Source: Nitrospinaceae bacterium (GTDB taxonomy: Bacteria; Nitrospinota; Nitrospinia; Nitrospinales; Nitrospinaceae). Taken from it: 64,000 nucleotides of DNA. Made by a program: the position numbers and the translations under genes. The stretch spans positions 1,440,001 through 1,504,000 of the forward strand of contig OZ250172.1 in NCBI GenBank assembly GCA_965237905.1, in the 5' to 3' direction. Below are positions 60,592 through 64,000 of the stretch, piece by piece (within the stretch, counting starts at the first letter, position 1; every line of letters begins with the position of its first letter). The notes beneath the pieces were generated by a model. The model made no database searches. It was not told the DNA's origin and worked only from the letters and a program-made list of their open reading frames with translations.

Positions 60592-62434
60592 CACTCTGGC
60601 TCCAGGTCCCAACCCACGGTTCAGTGAGCAATGGAAGAATCTCTTGATATTGGTGCTTCTTGGCAGCGCTGGGTTTTTCATGGCATCCATCAGCTGGCTC
60701 AAATGGCCGGATCTGCTGATCGATTACGGGGAGCAAGTATACATTCCCTGGCGCCTATCGGAGGGCCAGGTCCTCTACAAGGATATTGTTTACATGTACG
60801 GGCCGCTATCGCCTTACATTCACGCTCTTTTATTTAAAATGCTTGGCCCAGGGATTGATGTTCTCATAGGATTCAATTTATTGATCGTTGCCGGGCTCAC
60901 GGGTCTCATCTATTTTCTGTTTAAAAAGCTATCCAACCCCTTAACCGCATTTCTCTGTTCTTTCGTTTTCATAACCCTTTTCGCTTTCGGCCAATACCAG
61001 GGGGGAGGAAATTTTAATTTTATTAGTCCTTATGCTTACTCCCTTCCTCATGGAGTGGCACTGAGTTTTTTGGCCCTTTTTCTGTTTCTTGGATTTTTAA
61101 ATAATCCATTCCCGAAATATCTGATCTTTACCGGCGGTGTTATGGGATTAGTTTATTTGACCAAGATGGAGGTGTTTTATGCTTTGGCGTTTTCTCTCTT
61201 CTCGGGATTGTTAGGTTCATGGTATCAGCGTCGACCCAAAAAACTGGAAGCTACCCGGGAGGTACTTTTTGTACTGGCAGGATTTTCGATTCCCATCCTT
61301 TTTTTCTATGCCTATTTTTTGATACAGATGCCGTTAAAAGAAACACTGCAAATTATACCGAATCCGTTTTCATTTCTGAATAATGTCGCTTCATTAAAAT
61401 CCCTTCAACTCAATCAATGGATTTTAGGATTGGACCAGCCCATGTTCAACCTTCTCAAACTTTTACAGTATTTCTTTGTGCTGGTTTCAGTCCTGGGTCT
61501 TATCATAGGGGCTGGTTTGCTGTTGTCGGGTCCCTTGCGACACCTCAAATCGCTTCCCCTGTTTTTTCTGATTTCCCTGGCAGGGGCGATGTTCGTTGTA
61601 TTCAATGAAATCCCATGGCTATCTCTAGGCCGGCCTCTTCCTTTGCTTTCCCTTTTGATCACCGGATATTACGCCTATCGCTTGTTTCGGGCAACGAATG
61701 AAAACCAACACTCAAACAACGATTTATTCCTGATGGTCTTTTCTGTATTTTGCACCCTCCTTTTGCTGAAAATAGTTTTGAATGCGCATGTCTTTCACTA
61801 CGGCTTTGCGCTTGCCTTACCCGCCACTCTCCTGGTGATTCATACGCTTTTGTTTGTTGTTCCAGAATATTTAAAAACCCTTAAAATTTTACCGGGTTTT
61901 TACCAACGAGCCGTACTTGTGTTGGTCCTTTTTTTTGTGGGCGGACATTTACAGGTTGAACATCAGGTTTATCAATTCAAAACTCTTCCGGTATCTCAGG
62001 GGCGGGACCTTCTTCTGGACTACGATCCGAGCTTGGAACAAAGGGGGGTTATCGTGAATCAAACTTTGGATTACCTGGACCGGAAACTCGAACCGGGAAT
62101 TCAAATTCCGACCGTTCCCTATGGAAGCATGATCAATTATTTGTCACGTCATCCCCATCCACTTCCCATTCTTAATTTCAATCCCTATACCGTGGCCCTG
62201 GTGGGAGAGCAGGGCTATCTTCAGTCCCTCCGAAATGCGTCCAGCCCATATATCCTGCTTGTAGATATAGATTCTTCTATTTTGGGAGTTCGGTATTTCG
62301 GGCGGGACTACGCCCCTAATGTTTACCAATGGATTATTCAGAATTATAAATTAGAGAAGCAATTTGGAGCCGAACCCTTTTCCGGCCAGGGGTTTGGCAT
62401 TCAATTATTAAGAAAAAAAGCCTCCGCTGAATAA
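60584..62434 (+). CDS. GT-C-like polytopic membrane protein, paralog 3
   Basis: KWPDLLIDYGEQVYIPWRLSEGQVLYKDIVYMYGPLS; same architecture. Confidence 0.72.
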   Translation: MPDTLAPGPNPRFSEQWKNLLILVLLGSAGFFMASISWLKWPDLLIDYGEQVYIPWRLSEGQVLYKDIVYMYGPLSPYIHALLFKMLGPGIDVLIGFNLLIVAGLTGLIYFLFKKLSNPLTAFLCSFVFITLFAFGQYQGGGNFNFISPYAYSLPHGVALSFLALFLFLGFLNNPFPKYLIFTGGVMGLVYLTKMEVFYALAFSLFSGLLGSWYQRRPKKLEATREVLFVLAGFSIPILFFYAYFLIQMPLKETLQIIPNPFSFLNNVASLKSLQLNQWILGLDQPMFNLLKLLQYFFVLVSVLGLIIGAGLLLSGPLRHLKSLPLFFLISLAGAMFVVFNEIPWLSLGRPLPLLSLLITGYYAYRLFRATNENQHSNNDLFLMVFSVFCTLLLLKIVLNAHVFHYGFALALPATLLVIHTLLFVVPEYLKTLKILPGFYQRAVLVLVLFFVGGHLQVEHQVYQFKTLPVSQGRDLLLDYDPSLEQRGVIVNQTLDYLDRKLEPGIQIPTVPYGSMINYLSRHPHPLPILNFNPYTVALVGEQGYLQSLRNASSPYILLVDIDSSILGVRYFGRDYAPNVYQWIIQNYKLEKQFGAEPFSGQGFGIQLLRKKASAE

Positions 62435-62523
62435 TGAACTCCGCCACTTCAAATTCATCCGTACAAATTGAAAACCGCCGCTCCAGCCCGGCCCTGGCTC
62501 AATATTTTCGCGGTGTTTGAAAT

Positions 62524-63300
62524 TCACGGCCTTGCGACCGGCGAGCCAGCCGATTCCTGATATTTTTCGCTGATAAGGGCCCGGCTTTTTTCCGCAAGGA
62601 CCTGGCGGTCGGTTTCCCCCGTGACTTGAGGCAAAACCCATACTTTGACATTTAAGCGGGGATGCATTAACAAACGCTTTATATTTGCCATAAATGATAT
62701 TCCAATGGGCCAGCGGGCCACCGAAGGTTCTCCGCCATCATAATAACGGATCGTGACAGGGATAACGGAACTTCCTGCCCGCACCACCGCTTCGAATGCG
62801 GACGATTTAAAGCGTCCCACCTGATGCCCCGACGTGGCGCCCCCTTCCGGAAACACGACCACGAAATGCCCCGACCGCAATCGATCGGTAATGGCCTGGA
62901 CCATGGCCGCCAACTCCCTTCGCCGGGTTCGGTCAATATAAATTGTATTCGCGATTCGGGTCAGGTATCCGACCAAGGGCCATGCCCGCACATCACTTTT
63001 GGAAACAAAAGACATCTTGAAGCACGCCGCCATCACAAAAATATCCACCGAGCCGACATGATTGGAAACAATCAGCGCTCCGTGGCCAAGCCGTTCGGTC
63101 GAACCCACCTGGTGAATGCGAATGTTCATCATCCGGCAACACAATTTGCCCCACACCTGCATGACACGGGCCACCATCGTATAGCGGGCATCCTGGAAAG
63201 GGCTCAACACAATCACCGTCACCAAGCCCACCAAACCCAATACGAGCTGAATCAGCACCAGACCGGTCAGTCTGTAAACCAAACGAAAATAACCCTTCAT
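62524..63300 (-). CDS. Lysophospholipid acyltransferase (PlsC family)
   Basis: NHVGSVD (HxxxxD), FVSK, YIDR, FPEG. Confidence 0.9.
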   Translation of the reverse strand: MKGYFRLVYRLTGLVLIQLVLGLVGLVTVIVLSPFQDARYTMVARVMQVWGKLCCRMMNIRIHQVGSTERLGHGALIVSNHVGSVDIFVMAACFKMSFVSKSDVRAWPLVGYLTRIANTIYIDRTRRRELAAMVQAITDRLRSGHFVVVFPEGGATSGHQVGRFKSSAFEAVVRAGSSVIPVTIRYYDGGEPSVARWPIGISFMANIKRLLMHPRLNVKVWVLPQVTGETDRQVLAEKSRALISEKYQESAGSPVARP

Positions 63301-63312
63301 CTCTCGCTTTCC

Positions 63313-64000
63313 TTAAAAATGTTCTGGGTTTTTCTTTTTGAATCCCGTCATGTCCGACCCAACTACCTGCCAGAACTCCTTCCAATAAGATTGTAGCATC
63401 CCAGACAAAGGGATTCCCTTTGTACTCTCAACCCCCAAAACTCCCAGCATGACCTGCGCCACGTGAGACCAAGCGTGGTGCGCGCACAACCACCCATAGT
63501 GGATTTCGTCGAAGCCCAGATAACGATCCATATCAGGAATCAAATGGCCCTGCCCCGAAGCAGACTCCTTTAAAAACTGATTCACCTCAATGATTCCCGC
63601 AACAGCTTCATCATAGGAAACTCGTGAAAAAGGAAACAATAGCGAACGAAGAATATAAAACCAGATCGGGTGGACTTTCTTTTCAAAAGCAACCGGTAGC
63701 GTGGTATAAAAAACCTTCGCATTCATCGATTGCAGTCTGGCGAATACCTGCTGAATAGTCTCGATCACCTTCTCGGCCGACACACCATACATAATATCGT
63801 TGCCAATGTCCGTAACCAAAGCCACCACCTGATAGCCAGATTCCGATTTGTTGTGTGCCACCTCGAGAATATCACTGGAATGAATCGGAGGGTAGACCAC
63901 ATTCAATAATCCTCCAGAAGCGTGATACGCCCGTCCGGGACCGGAGGCAATCAACACATCCACCTTCCGGGGATGCAGACAGGCCTTCATGTGTCTGGCA
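63313..64000 (-). CDS. Hypothetical protein, SGNH-hydrolase-like; probably starts beyond the window end
   Basis: DIGND and GFDEIH motifs; reading frame stays open to position 64000. Confidence 0.6.
   Translation of the reverse strand, partial: ARHMKACLHPRKVDVLIASGPGRAYHASGGLLNVVYPPIHSSDILEVAHNKSESGYQVVALVTDIGNDIMYGVSAEKVIETIQQVFARLQSMNAKVFYTTLPVAFEKKVHPIWFYILRSLLFPFSRVSYDEAVAGIIEVNQFLKESASGQGHLIPDMDRYLGFDEIHYGWLCAHHAWSHVAQVMLGVLGVESTKGIPLSGMLQSYWKEFWQVVGSDMTGFKKKNPEHF

Overview
Bacterial chromosomal window. Gene style suggests a Gram-negative, Nitrospinota/deltaproteobacteria-like organism; this is an inference, not a database result. The left end (minus strand) is the core cluster degenerate tRNA-Thr(TGT), tRNA-Tyr, tRNA-Gly, tRNA-Thr, rpmG, tRNA-Trp, secE, nusG, rplK, rplA, rplJ, rplL, rpoB (running off the edge), with no tuf. 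Next come envelope and housekeeping genes (lpxK, two tandem waaA, putP-like symporter, leuS, lptE, holA, rpsT). A long accessory stretch follows: a DUF3302/HlyD/TolC/K+-channel block, an adenylate cyclase-TPR-HD-GYP fusion, selO, a Tat-exported intradiol dioxygenase-like protein, a MoxR-DUF58-transglutaminase operon, a slipin (SPFH) gene with a tRNA-like leader, CGNR and ArsR regulatory modules with visible operators, a csp gene and three tandem GT-C-like membrane proteins. No CRISPR array, rRNA, prophage or transposase was seen. The most interesting signals are the tRNA-like RNA upstream of the slipin gene, the cyclase/phosphodiesterase fusion, a beta-prime-like Zn ribbon inside RpoB, the decayed tRNA-Thr, and paired operator palindromes for the CGNR and ArsR modules. 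Several lesions (a 110-bp duplication, a 1-nt frameshift, an in-frame deletion) may be gene decay or assembly artefacts. All family assignments come from motif recognition, without database searches.
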